The position numbers and the translations under genes are program-made. DNA of 64,000 bases. It comes from Utricularia gibba. Lineage: Eukaryota; Plantae; Magnoliophyta. Shown here one piece after another: positions 27,339 through 39,088 of the stretch. The DNA lies in NCBI GenBank assembly GCA_002189035.1, contig NEEC01000011.1, positions 1,612,001 through 1,676,000 of the forward strand, in the 5' to 3' direction. The notes beneath the pieces are model-generated. The model was not told where the DNA came from. It saw only the letters and a program-made list of their open reading frames with translations, and ran no database searches. Each line of letters opens with the position of its first letter. Positions within the stretch are counted from its first letter, which is position 1.

Positions 27339-29441
27339 AGGTAAAAGAAGAAAAAAAAAACCTAGAAATGCAGGGCGGTTATATCCATAATCGTTGGTGT
27401 AATTCAGGTATGTGTAAATTATTCAAGCTATATCAGCTGTGAGAGCTCTGAATTCCTATCTGTTTTCATGAATAATTCATGATTCAAATATGAATGTGTT
27501 GTTGATCATCGAACAAGAAACCCCAATTATGAGGCCTTGATGACTAGCGGCCCATTCAATAATCAATGATTGGATCTTCCTCTTTGTTTCTCGGTCTACA
27601 TCTTTAGTTTCCACCGAGGAACAACGCGTTTTGGATCAAATCTCATTTTCTTCAAGTTCTGTCGTCCTCTGCATTTTAACAGTCCATTCGAAATGTTAAT
27701 GTTAATGTCTGAATATTCTGCTTATTCGTTTACCCTAATTCGCGCATGCAACAATGCTGTAGTAAAAGGAACAAAAACAAAGCACAATTCATGACATTAT
27801 ATCAGGGATATTAAGAGCAGAACAAGGTGTTTCCAAATAATAAATATGGAAATGCAACGTAAATCGAAGTTTTTTATTTTAGTTATGACTCCCCTTTCAC
27901 AGTTATTGCACTTGGAAGTCATCACGAAGTACATTATTCCATTTCAAAAAATTGAAAACACAGGTTCTTCTAATGCTGCAGTTGGACCATCATCATGGGT
28001 TTTTATGAAATGGTAGATGTTTGTATCAATGCAACCCAATTGCATGTAATGTGCTATAAAAAAGAATCGTCTTTTTTTATTATGACGGGGCGGTTCGAAA
28101 ACACAAATGATACGTGAATTTTCACTCTTGGGACATATTTTTACCTAAGCTTACTATTATATTATTTTTTATGATAAGGTATGACCCAAAATTGGGACAT
28201 CCCTAAACTTACTTGGTAGACACCCGGTGCAAAGAAAGTTAAAGTACGTTCATTACACTAATCTTGAAAAAGAGCCCAACAAAAAAAAAAGTTAAATCAT
28301 GTGACATTACTGCACTCCATTCTACATGAAAATGAATAATATCATGTAAGTAAGAGGTGATTGATTATGTATCATGAGTTACTAATAATATATTTAAATT
28401 ATGTATACCAAAATATATATCTCTTACAATGTTATTATTGAAATTTTGTTTGATTTCTAAATTTTACGTATACGTATTTAAAATAATAATTTTTTAATAA
28501 ATATATTTAGAATAGATAGTTTATAGTAGTTAATAGTATAAAAAAGTCACATATGCTCAATTCGAAGTATTTTACGATTGTTCTACAAAGCACTCGTACA
28601 TTCAAAACCATGTTTAAGAAACAGACATTATTATGATCATACGAATATTTAAATAATTAAATTCTCCTACAAAACATCTCTTTTGAGTCCCCTAAATATG
28701 CATAGCTTGTCCATTTTCCAATCATTAATAGATAACATTAACATGACCTAAAACCTGGAGTTTGTAGACAGGAACGTGTAGCAACCTGCTTCAAGCGCAG
28801 CCTGGATCACTTTCTTTATTTATATAGAAAAATAACCCTAGGTCATTCGTAATGAATTTTTTGTTAAAAAAAATTGTTTTCATAAATATTAAAAAAAGAA
28901 ACTAATATAATAATGAGACATAAATGCGAGAGGAAGGAATTTAATATGGCAGCCGACATTGAACCGTACCCAGTCCTTTTCACTTTGACTACTCGGTCCT
29001 TTCTATTTATTTATCTTTTATTCCTCTTTCCTAATAAATTTATATCCCTTAATAAACAAACACCGCACACCAATTGCAACGTATAGTTTTTTAAATTTAT
29101 TTTCAAATATTATAAGAATAAGAGTGGCAGCCCCCACCACTCAGCTTTTCTTAGATAATTATCAGTTGTTTCTTTTATAAACAATTTTGTCTTCAAAATT
29201 AGTGTACGACCCCTTCTGAAATCATCTCGAAATGATTATTTTTTTCGTTATTCGTAAATATTCATTTTTATCTGATAATTATTTTATAAGTTAATTTACT
29301 ATTCCATAACTTTCAAGCAATTTTTTAACTTGAAGTTTCACATAATATGTATTTATTAAATAATCTCCCAAGATCACGTTTGATTTGAGTGTGCGGTGCC
29401 ACATTTAGATTGATTAGAACTAAATGGAACATTGTGATCTT

Positions 29442-29545
29442 TGGGCTTTAATTTTACGATCCACCTTTTGGGCCTAAACAACATCAATTGGGCTTTAATT
29501 TTACAACCAACTTTTTGGGCCAAGACAACATCAAGTGGGCTTTAA
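29442..29545. repeat. 47-bp tandem repeat (about 2.2 copies) containing five TGGGCY motifs
   Basis: tgggctttaa at 29442, 29489 and 29536, with tgggcc in between. Confidence 0.75.
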
Positions 29546-31461
29546 TAAATATTGCATACAATCAATAAAAAATTAATAATCATTTTCCTCAATATGGACA
29601 CTTTTTTAAATAGTCCCACTTTGCCTCCATGTTCTTCACTATATATGTGTTTTTAAAACAGAAAATTGCATTAATAAACTCCAAAGTTTAACATTTTGGT
29701 AAAATTAGTTTGCAGTTTTTAATATAAATTGTATATTTAATCCTCATTGGCAATATCGATTCCCAATATTTCATTTATCTGTAATGCTTTCAAACTTAAA
29801 ATATTGTGGACTAATCTTTTAATCATTGATAAACAGTTTTGAAACTATATTGAAAAAGTATGAATCAACTTTGGAATTATTTTCAAATATTAAGTTAGCA
29901 TTAAAATATAAGATAATCATTACAATTTTACAAATATCGCATACCATTAACACCAACCATCCATTTTTAAAAGTTTTATAAAGTGTTTAATAATATAATA
30001 TATAAGATTTATAATTAAGTTTATGCATTAAACCGTTATTTAATTAACTAGCATATATATGTAGCCTTAATATAAATTACATAATCATTTTTTGAGCATG
30101 TGTATGATATACACCAATAGAGGGGAGAGAGAATGCTCATTACATCTATAGCAGAACATATTTTTCTTATTTATACCCTTTTAAAAATTATTTATCCTCT
30201 CAAGAAGTATTTATTTATTGAGAAAAAAATAAAATTAATATATATATATATATATCTTTATTCTTATATATCAAACAATGTTTTCGATTGTTATACCTCA
30301 TACATTTATTCTTAAATATCAAACATATAATTTGTTATATACTTTATAAGTAAATAGATATATATTCAATTACAATATATTTAAACGTATTAATACTCTA
30401 CCATCAAAGAACCTCTTAGTATTGTATATATTTAAGATTGTAAAAATGAATGTTGGAATTTAAAATTAAAATTCTATCCATCAATCGAATTTTCATTTTC
30501 TTTCCGAAATCAAAACTAATAGATTTGAACTTTAGTCACTGGTTCCCTATCGAAAATGGAATCATGAAGACACGTGCTAATTATCCTCTAAGCAACGGCA
30601 TGTACATCGAATTATAAGATAAAAGAATTGCATAAAGATTATTCTAATTTTTAGATTATTTTTAAAATCCTACCAAATGGCTTTATTTAAAAATAATATT
30701 TAACTATTTAGCTATCGCATCAGAATAAACCATTAGTACTTGTTTTAACTATAGTGACATCTTTGACAGATTCGTTTAACATTTAAACACATGTGTCTTA
30801 TGAACAACGTGTGTTTGGTAGATAGATTTTTCAAAATATGCATGTTTTACAAAGCATATGTAACATCTTTATATTTATACCATTTTAATTCTAATATAAA
30901 TATAAATATATATATAATATTTATTTTTAATACTTATATTCAAAATCTATATATTAAATAAATTTTTAATTTTAATCAAATAATATGTATTTGTTCAAAT
31001 ACAAATAACTCAATTATATTATTAATTGAAATGCGTACCAAACTCCCTTATCCATTAAAATAACTTTCAAACATTTTTTTTCTTGTAGGTTGTAAATGAG
31101 GGAGAACCTGATGCCATTCGAATCTCGACACTAAGCACTTAGCACAGAACCTGAGTTAAAGGGAAAGTTTTGAACCCTAGGAACATTTCTGACCTAATTA
31201 CTAGTTTTTTATATATTAATAAAGTAATATTACCGTCAGCCAGAGTTGTGGTTTCGCATGCGGGTAACTTCAAAAGTCAATACATTTAAAACTATATAAT
31301 ATACGAAGTCGTGGTCCATAATTTACATAATAAATATCTCCAAATTGTTGATTTAATTACTTCTGAAATCTGATTTTCATAATCCTCTGAAGTAGCCATA
31401 AATGCCCAAGAGAAGATGAAGGAAGCATAAGAAGGGTTATCCCGAGCACCCACCGGAAGAA

Positions 31462-31827
31462 ATGGCGCGTCCGATGGCGATCGATGGCGACCATGTTTAC
31501 CCCGTGATCGGTTTAGCCGTCGGGTTGTTCGTCTCGGTTTCCTTCTTCGTCTTTCTTTGCGCGAGCCACCGGAGAAAGATCGCGTCCAAGGCGACTCCTT
31601 GCCTGTCGCTTCCCAAGGCGGTAGAGACGAAAGAGGGGGGCGGGAAGAGGGAGGATGCCGCCTTGTGGCAGAAGGCGATCCTCATGGGAGACAAATGCAG
31701 GCCGCCGGAGTTCCCCGGAGCGATTTACTACGATTACTCCGGGAATCAGGTGCCGGAGATGCCGCGGTCGCCTAGGTCGGTGCACATGGGCTCCATGACG
31801 AGCTTCTCTTATGTCATGGCCAAGTAG
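31462..31827 (+). CDS. Small single-pass membrane protein of a conserved uncharacterised plant family, 121 aa
   Basis: GC-rich intronless ORF; hydrophobic VIGLAVGLFVSVSFFVFLCA followed by the LWQKAILMGDKCRPPEFPGAIYYD motif (recalled family consensus LWQKxILMGxKCxxPxFSGxIxYD). Confidence 0.82.
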   Translation: MARPMAIDGDHVYPVIGLAVGLFVSVSFFVFLCASHRRKIASKATPCLSLPKAVETKEGGGKREDAALWQKAILMGDKCRPPEFPGAIYYDYSGNQVPEMPRSPRSVHMGSMTSFSYVMAK

Positions 31828-32797
31828 AAAGAAGAAAGACGGTGGGAGCATGCCAGACCACTTTACCAAACGTTGTAATAGCACAAGCAATAAGTTGAAT
31901 GGTGGTTATTCGATCCTCAAATGTGGCACATCATATACTATACTAATTGGAGAAGTGTGTAGACAATAGCTTTTGGAAACTGCAAAGAGTTTCATGCTGA
32001 ATGGGGGCTGGCGATTCGTGCCGGTGGGATGCGGAACAAGTCGTATTGAAAATGATCTGATGGATAGAACTATCATATATGAAGTTTAATTACACAAGAA
32101 ATCATATTAAAAAAATTAAATCCAACTAATTATTAATGATTCATAATCTTTTATATATTTAATTATTTTATTTTTATTTTCAAATGTGAGATTGTGTATT
32201 TTAATATAAAACTATTCATTCTAATAGGTCGATCAACTCAATGCACAGACCATCACAAATCGTTTTCTGATATTATGACAATAGTCTGCTATCATGATCA
32301 AGAACACGAAGCATGTCATATTTTAAAGCATGATCTGATTAAGATAAGATGACAGTGTGACAAAATTCATTTTTTAATAATTAAACCATCTTATAATATA
32401 GTTTTATTGAGAGAAATGGAGTAGTACCTTGGCGCATGCCACACTTTTACTCGAATTACTGTAGTACAAAGACTTTTAGTACGCGTTTTTCGTCAGCATA
32501 TTTGAATTAATCGTGCGGTAATAAATTTCCTTAGAATTTTTTAGTACAATTATTCACCCGCAAGTAGCAGGAAACTACGATCAATTAATAATTGAATCCT
32601 TGACTTAAAAAATATATATTTAAAGAGCAGTATTATTGTCGAAATTTCAAAACTCGTGCCTAATTAAATTTATAGGTCCCTAAGAAAGAATTAATACTCG
32701 AAAAAATGCGATTTTACTTCATTTTGTTTATTTTTAATATCATGAAATCATTAGTTTAAGACCAATATCATTTTTTTAGTTTTGTTTATACTTTCAA

Positions 32798-32836
32798 ATA
32801 TATATATATGTGTGTGTGTGTGTGTGTATGTGTGTG
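32798..32836. repeat. Compound (TA)n(TG)n microsatellite
   Basis: Directly visible. Confidence 0.85.
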
Positions 32837-35389
32837 CATATTTATATAGAATTTTTTTCCTCAAGTGCATTTTTTTAACAATAGAATTTTGATATATTTT
32901 ATTTTCTATTTATTTTAAACCAAAAATTATTTTAAATACAAATTTTTAATACATATTTATCAAGCATCCTTTTAATTTTAATTACACAATTGGAGATGCC
33001 TCCTAAGGTTGATGTTGAATTATTTTGCTATAGTTCTGAAAATTAATATTTTGATTCAAAACTTCGCTTTTTTCAATTCCTCACATTTGTTTTTGAAATT
33101 TCCAATACACCTAGAAAAAAATTAATGCTTGAATTCAATTAATATTTTATCGAACATATGGATTTAGCCTAAGTATTTAATAATGTTTTTAAAAGTATTA
33201 GTGTAGGGTGGGGCTCAGATATCCTAAGCGTGTGTGAACTTTACTATTGACGGCTGATGCCAATTGGCCATCGAAGAATTAATTTGCTACAGATTTTGTT
33301 TCAGACATATTACTTTTTCATTAATTACGTTAATTTAATGACTTTGAAATTAGATGTAGCACCTCAAAATGATCCTCGATCCGGCCAGCCGGTGCAACCG
33401 GTCTGCACGTGAACCGAACTGGTTCAGCTGAGGAGCGCGTACTGGTGGGATTTGAAACTGAATTGAAAATGGATTACAATCGGGCTCCAAAACAGACTTC
33501 TTCTCGTTGTCCCATTCATTGTGTCCCAACCTATCTAGTGATTTATGTAAAGATTTAGTTGTTTTTGAGGTTCAAATAGATAAAGAATAAAAATAGTATT
33601 TTTTTTCTATTTATATATCTTGGTCCATAGAGTTTTTGTGGAATAAGGTAGAACAAAGAAATTACAATTAATTAATTTATCAGTATATATTTCTTTATAT
33701 TCACTGTAATAAATTATAAATTTTTATCGAATTTGAATATGAATGTAATCCTTATTTTAAACTCATAGAAACGTTTCACTAAGATATGATGATCAAGCTG
33801 ATGAACATCACATCATTATAGCCAAGAAAAAACAACACATTTAATGTGATTCACGTGATGAATTCTATGGTATTCTAAGATTATAATCGCAAATCGAGAT
33901 TAATGCATAAAAACATACATATTTTATAACAAGCACCAAATCAGTAGATTGTATAAGTACGAAATACAGGAACCAGGCCAAATACATACCAACTACCAAA
34001 AAAATGAAAATATATGACTTGATTCGCACGGCCCCATTTGACACAATATAATCAAATATAAAATTAAGTTGCTAAATGAGCTTATTATGCACAATCAAAC
34101 CATGGCCCAAAACCATATTAATTCATTGTAAAGCCCAAATGCTTCCCAAATCTCTCCATTCTTATTTTGGAATGTAACCTCTAACTTTTCGGAGTTTCAC
34201 ACTTACAAATTTTGAGTAGATCTCCATTAGTAGATCTCTATGGTTGGTCCTCCATCGAGAGCATGAGCGGCCATGGAGTGGAGTTTCATATCTGATGGAG
34301 TACTAAATCGTTTGAGACAAATCGGTTGGTAAAAGGTTTCAAAAGTATTCAGACAAACTGCTATAGACTAACAAATCGATTGGTGTCAGAATTGAGCAAT
34401 GGTGGTCGTTTTAGGTAGTCTAAAAAGTAATCGAATAACATGGGTATTAGAATAGTCGATAATTATATATCAGCGAGATCATAGTATGACTATTAGACGT
34501 AGAAAGCAATCGACATTTGTAAAATTCGATCGGATTGACTTTTCCTATAAATATTAAGAAGTCTAAAGAAAAAAAAAGGTTAAATTTTACATCCTTCTTG
34601 TAATCATTACTGTTTTCATTTTATAATGAAACCTATTTTTCTAGCAAACTTCATCATGAGATCTATAGTTTTTCTATCCATACATGGTTTCCATGTAAAA
34701 ATTATGATATCCCTTTTATTACTTTCATTCCCTTTTATTACTTTCATTCAAACAACAATTCATAAAACCTCGCAAATCTCAAATCGTATCCGATCAATTC
34801 AGTCCCATCATCCATAAATCGGTATCCGTTAGTAAAAACCAATTTACTACCCCCAACAATATCGATCTTGTGGATCATTGAATGAACACAAATCTAGAGA
34901 TTTCATCGTTGGTCACCTTTATTGTTGTAAGTTGAAACTTGGACATGGTTTGTTATGGATGGCTCTAATTTTTACTTGTTTGCTTTCCTTTTGTCTTCAT
35001 AACCCAAACCTTCCTTTTCTTTCCCATTTGCTATGATGAAGATAGAGTTAGTTTCTTCCAAGGTTGCAGATTTGAATCACTTGACATCATCACTCATTAT
35101 AGTGGTGATGAAGATCCTCTTGCGCAGCACAAGAAAGCGTCAAAATTTCAGTAAAAGGGACACAAGAATGCTGAAGAAGGAAAACCAGCTTCTTGTTTTT
35201 GTTTTCTTCTTGGTCTTAAATTGGGCATGGTCGCAATTGGCATCTGATGATCGGGAACAGGTGAAAGTTTTCAGCGAAAGTGAAATGTGCACAAACAGGC
35301 TGCTTATAGAGTTACATTGTTGAAGAAGGGTTCTGCGGTATCTCACTCGGTACATCAAATGAGCAAACTTGAAGGGAATGGATATTAGA

Positions 35390-35954
35390 TCAGGAGGAAA
35401 CAGGGAGCCCAAGGTATTCAGTAGCAGATTTACCCAGGATGTTAGCGAATTCATTAAAGCTAATGACTCCATCCCCGTTTACATCTGCTTCCCGCATCAT
35501 CTCGCTGAGTTCCCGGTACGTCAACGGGTGACCCATTTTCGCCATTTGTCCCGCGAGCTCCGCCGCCGTGATGTATCCGTTTCCGTCGCGATCGAACGAC
35601 TGGAAGACCTCCAGAAGCTGTTCTTGATTGATCAGTACCTGATGTTAACAAAAACAAAAATAAGTCACAATATTTCGCACACTCTCGGAAAAGATTGTGT
35701 TCCTATGATACCTGAGCAGTGATGTCAGGAAGAATTGCGACGACCAATTCGTCGAATTCGACGGATCCGTTTCCGTTGGCGTCGATATTTGCGAGAAGGG
35801 AATGGATCTGGTCGCCAGCAGGTTTCAGGCCCAGGGAGCGGAGGAGGGCGGCGAGCTCGAGGTGGGTGAGGCTGCCGTCGCGGTCCATATCGAACCGATT
35901 GAAAATGTCTTTCAATTGCTGGATTTGGTTGTCACTGGAGTCCAACACCGCCAT
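35390..35954 (-). CDS. Calmodulin-like protein, CML15/CML16-like; exons 35954-35712 and 35638-35390; 163 aa
   Basis: Four EF-hand loops (DMDRDGSLTHLE, DANGNGSVEFDE, DRDGNGYITAAE, DVNGDGVISFNE) after splicing a 73-nt GT-AG intron. Confidence 0.93.
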
Positions 35955-36781
35955 CAATGGAGGAAAAAGAAAAAGAAAACGGACCGGAGAGAAAGGGAAG
36001 AGAAATGGAGGGCTAGAGAGAATCGAGGGTTGGGATTGACGGAGACGGGAGAACCCCCGTTTCTGATTGACTCCCTCCTTGACGTCTTCTCTTCTTTTTT
36101 CCACACACGGAAATGTCGGCACGGAAGTTGACGTTTATGCCAAATTTGGTAAAAAAAATATCAAATATGGTTAAATAATTTAACCTATTTATTTAATTAA
36201 AATGTATGAAACTCATTTTATTATAAGAAAATTCAATTTAAATCCCCCATTAAATCATAGAATAAACTCAATTCATTTGTAAATGAGTATGAGATACTTA
36301 TAAATTCTTAAAGAACTTTATGAGTGATTAATGAACTAGGGGCATGAATGAATGGGTTAAGTTCACATTCATCATAATTAAGATAATTTAAATAATCATA
36401 TGTTTCTATTATTTACATTTATACAAAGCACCATATCATTATAATTAAAAGAATATTTCTTAAATATATTTAGAATAGATTAAAAAACTAAATCTTAAAT
36501 ATTTTTTAAAAAAGATATATTTAAGAGAGGGATGTTGCTTTTGAAAGCCAAAAAAATCTCCATCACAGAAAAAATGATGATGATTTCTAGTATGAAACAG
36601 GTATCTAACATGGCTGCTGCACCTAGGAAATCAAACAATTTCATGTAAAATGCAAGAAGCAGTAACAAAAATTTTAATGAGCAAAGATTAGGCCCTTTGG
36701 AATCCTTTGTATCTTCTGCATGTTTGGCACAGCCATTCGAGGAGTCGAAGGGCATCAGCTAACAACAGCAGAAGAGTAAAT

Positions 36782-36925
36782 CACTGTGGCACCACGCTCG
36801 TATAGTCTGTATAAAACACATGTTTACAGACTATGAAAAGTGGTGCATCACTATCGTATATTATTCAGAGAAGGGTGGTCTGTTCATTGACTGCATCACA
36901 AGGCGCTCATCAGTATTTCAGGAAT
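36782..36925 (-). ncRNA. Candidate box H/ACA snoRNA
   Basis: Minus strand reads ANANNA H box (36854-36864), then hairpin GCACCAC / uuuuc / AUAGUCUGUA-loop-UACAGACUAU / acgagc / GUGGUGC, then ACA 14 nt below the pocket top. The 5' hairpin folds only weakly by eye. Confidence 0.4.
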
Positions 36926-37869
36926 CTAGGTGTGCTGGAGATAAAAGCTTCAAAAGGGTAACCAGCAATGTGACTACAGCGCCAAGAAAATCTATACCGG
37001 GACACTGAAAGTTCCAACAAAGAAGGCTAACAACGAAGGCAGTATGACTAAAGTATATGAAATGCTACTGATAGGGCAACTGCTGTTGCTGACATATAAC
37101 CAACAAACAAGAAATTCGAAACTGCTGACTCCAGAGAGATCAAGCCTAACCAGATTCACCAAAATGCATCCACGACCCCAAGCAAAGTATTGAATGAGAT
37201 TCTAAACATGACACCCGAAATATAAAGAAATACAACTCACCAAAACAACATGACAATTGCACAAGGGAATGAAAAATCCAGAAAAAAAGAACAGTAATGA
37301 GAGGACTTTGAAAACCATTACTCGTTAACAGGTTCAGCATTGGAATTCAGACAAATGAAAACAAGAAACGTAATGATCCAGGAAACTACAATAGCTATTA
37401 CAAAACTGTTCAGATACTAATTTCCAAGCAATTTCCGGCCATCTCTAAAAATGAAAAAAAAAAAACATATCCGACGATCCAAAAACAAAAAAAAAAAAAA
37501 ATAAAGGTGGCAATTGGAGAAATTTGAAGACCATTATTGGATTAGAAAAATTCAACATTGAGATTTAGGTGCCTGATTCCCATCATCTTTCTGGTCAGCT
37601 TCCTTTAAATTGAAAAAAAAGAACAAATCTCTGGGAGGAAGATGTCGGCAGAATTTACAAAACTCAAAAAACTCTGGCATTGCTTCTCACCCAACATAAT
37701 TTAGCACCAAATGTACCTAAACTCGATATTTTCTTCACAGCCTCGCATTCACAGCTGCGAAGGGCTACTCGGTGCAGCATCCACCCCACGCATAAAAAAA
37801 ATAGAATCAATAAATCTATCCACCTGAAACCGGGGCGGGGACAAATTCCTAGCTGCTTTTACAATTTCG

Positions 37870-38115
37870 CAGCTAGGGTTTTCTACATACCTGATTTTGC
37901 CCGTTACTAAATGAGTAGAGGAGCCATAGGGATATGATTGAAATTTTTATCACTGGGCTTGGGCTGTTAAAAGCCCATTAATCTTGAATTGAGCTTCAGT
38001 GTATGGGCCCAATTCTAAAATGGATGACAATGAGTACCCATACATGTTTTCAGATTCAGCAGTCCGTTGGGCCGAAAATGATCCAATGACCGACCCAGTA
38101 CTCATCAAAGCCCAC
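37870..38115 (-). promoter_or_regulatory. Telo-box plus site II promoter facing an ORF-less minus-strand region
   Basis: AAACCCTA (37873-37880), several TGGGCY/RGCCCA motifs (37953-38112) and splice donor cag|gtatgt at 37889. Confidence 0.45.
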
Positions 38116-39088
38116 ACTGTTATATTAAGATTTAAGGGTTTACCAAATACCATATTAAGTTTCAATTAAAGTTTCTCAATAATTATTTCTAATAAAATAA
38201 AAATTGGATCTTTAAAAATTTGAATTTTTAAATTTCTAATTTTTTAGAAATAGAAGACATTCATATTTCATAATAAAAATACTTTTAGAATGATTTTTTT
38301 AAAAAAATATAAACTATTCCAAATTTATGACTACATGAAGATATGTACAAACCTTTGATGTTATGTATTTTTTTTCAATATATCACCAACTTGTTGAAAT
38401 CTAGTATCTGATAAGTCAGAAGAGCATACAAAATATAATTTACGAAATATCATTGAAGGCAATCAATCATGTGAATTCATAGAGACGGAAGTTTCTTGTA
38501 GTAAACATTAATAAGTTTATGACTGATATCGCCTTCCATAATATTAGACGAGAACTTGTATCTCCAAAAGTTTTTAAAATGGTATTTTACAAATTTAACC
38601 AAAACATTTGTTATAAATATAATAGAAACATTAATGTTAATAAAAAAGTTGTTAATCTTTGAAAATGAACGAAAAAGATAAAAAAAATTAAAAAAGAACA
38701 AAAAAAATTGTAAATAGGTGAGATAAGAAAGAGATAGAATGAATATATTTGTATGATAAATGGTGAAATGAGTAAATTTGTAAATATTATAATTTGTAAT
38801 GCATATAAATATATAAATAACCCCGATAACCAACATTTTACTGCATGTAGTAAATAAATATTAAAAAAATAAATTCAAATACCCTTTAGATTCAAGCTGC
38901 TGGAAGACAGTAAGGAGGAATCTAACAAGATCTGGTGAAAAGAATATTCACAGACAACTGAGATGAAAGAAAGGAAAGAACATATTTACAGATGGCTGAG
39001 GAGATGTTCTTCCTTCAACTAAGTCAACTCCAGGGGAGAAGAAGTAAACAACTCACGTTATCTAGACGGGGGAGGGCGGGTACCTCAA

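Noticed and set aside
36570-36620. ATGATGA C-box-like motif on the plus strand
   Set aside because: No downstream CTGA D box or terminal stem at a suitable distance.
36787-36851. Hairpin as a miRNA precursor
   Set aside because: The 5x6 internal loop in mid-stem is too large for a plant miRNA duplex; H/ACA geometry fits better.
36880-36990. Resemblance to U19/SNORA74 (ctgatgagcgccttgtgatg; AGUCA...GUUAC)
   Set aside because: Based on memory only; the stem between the guide halves is too short and the 3' pocket does not match the U19 target.
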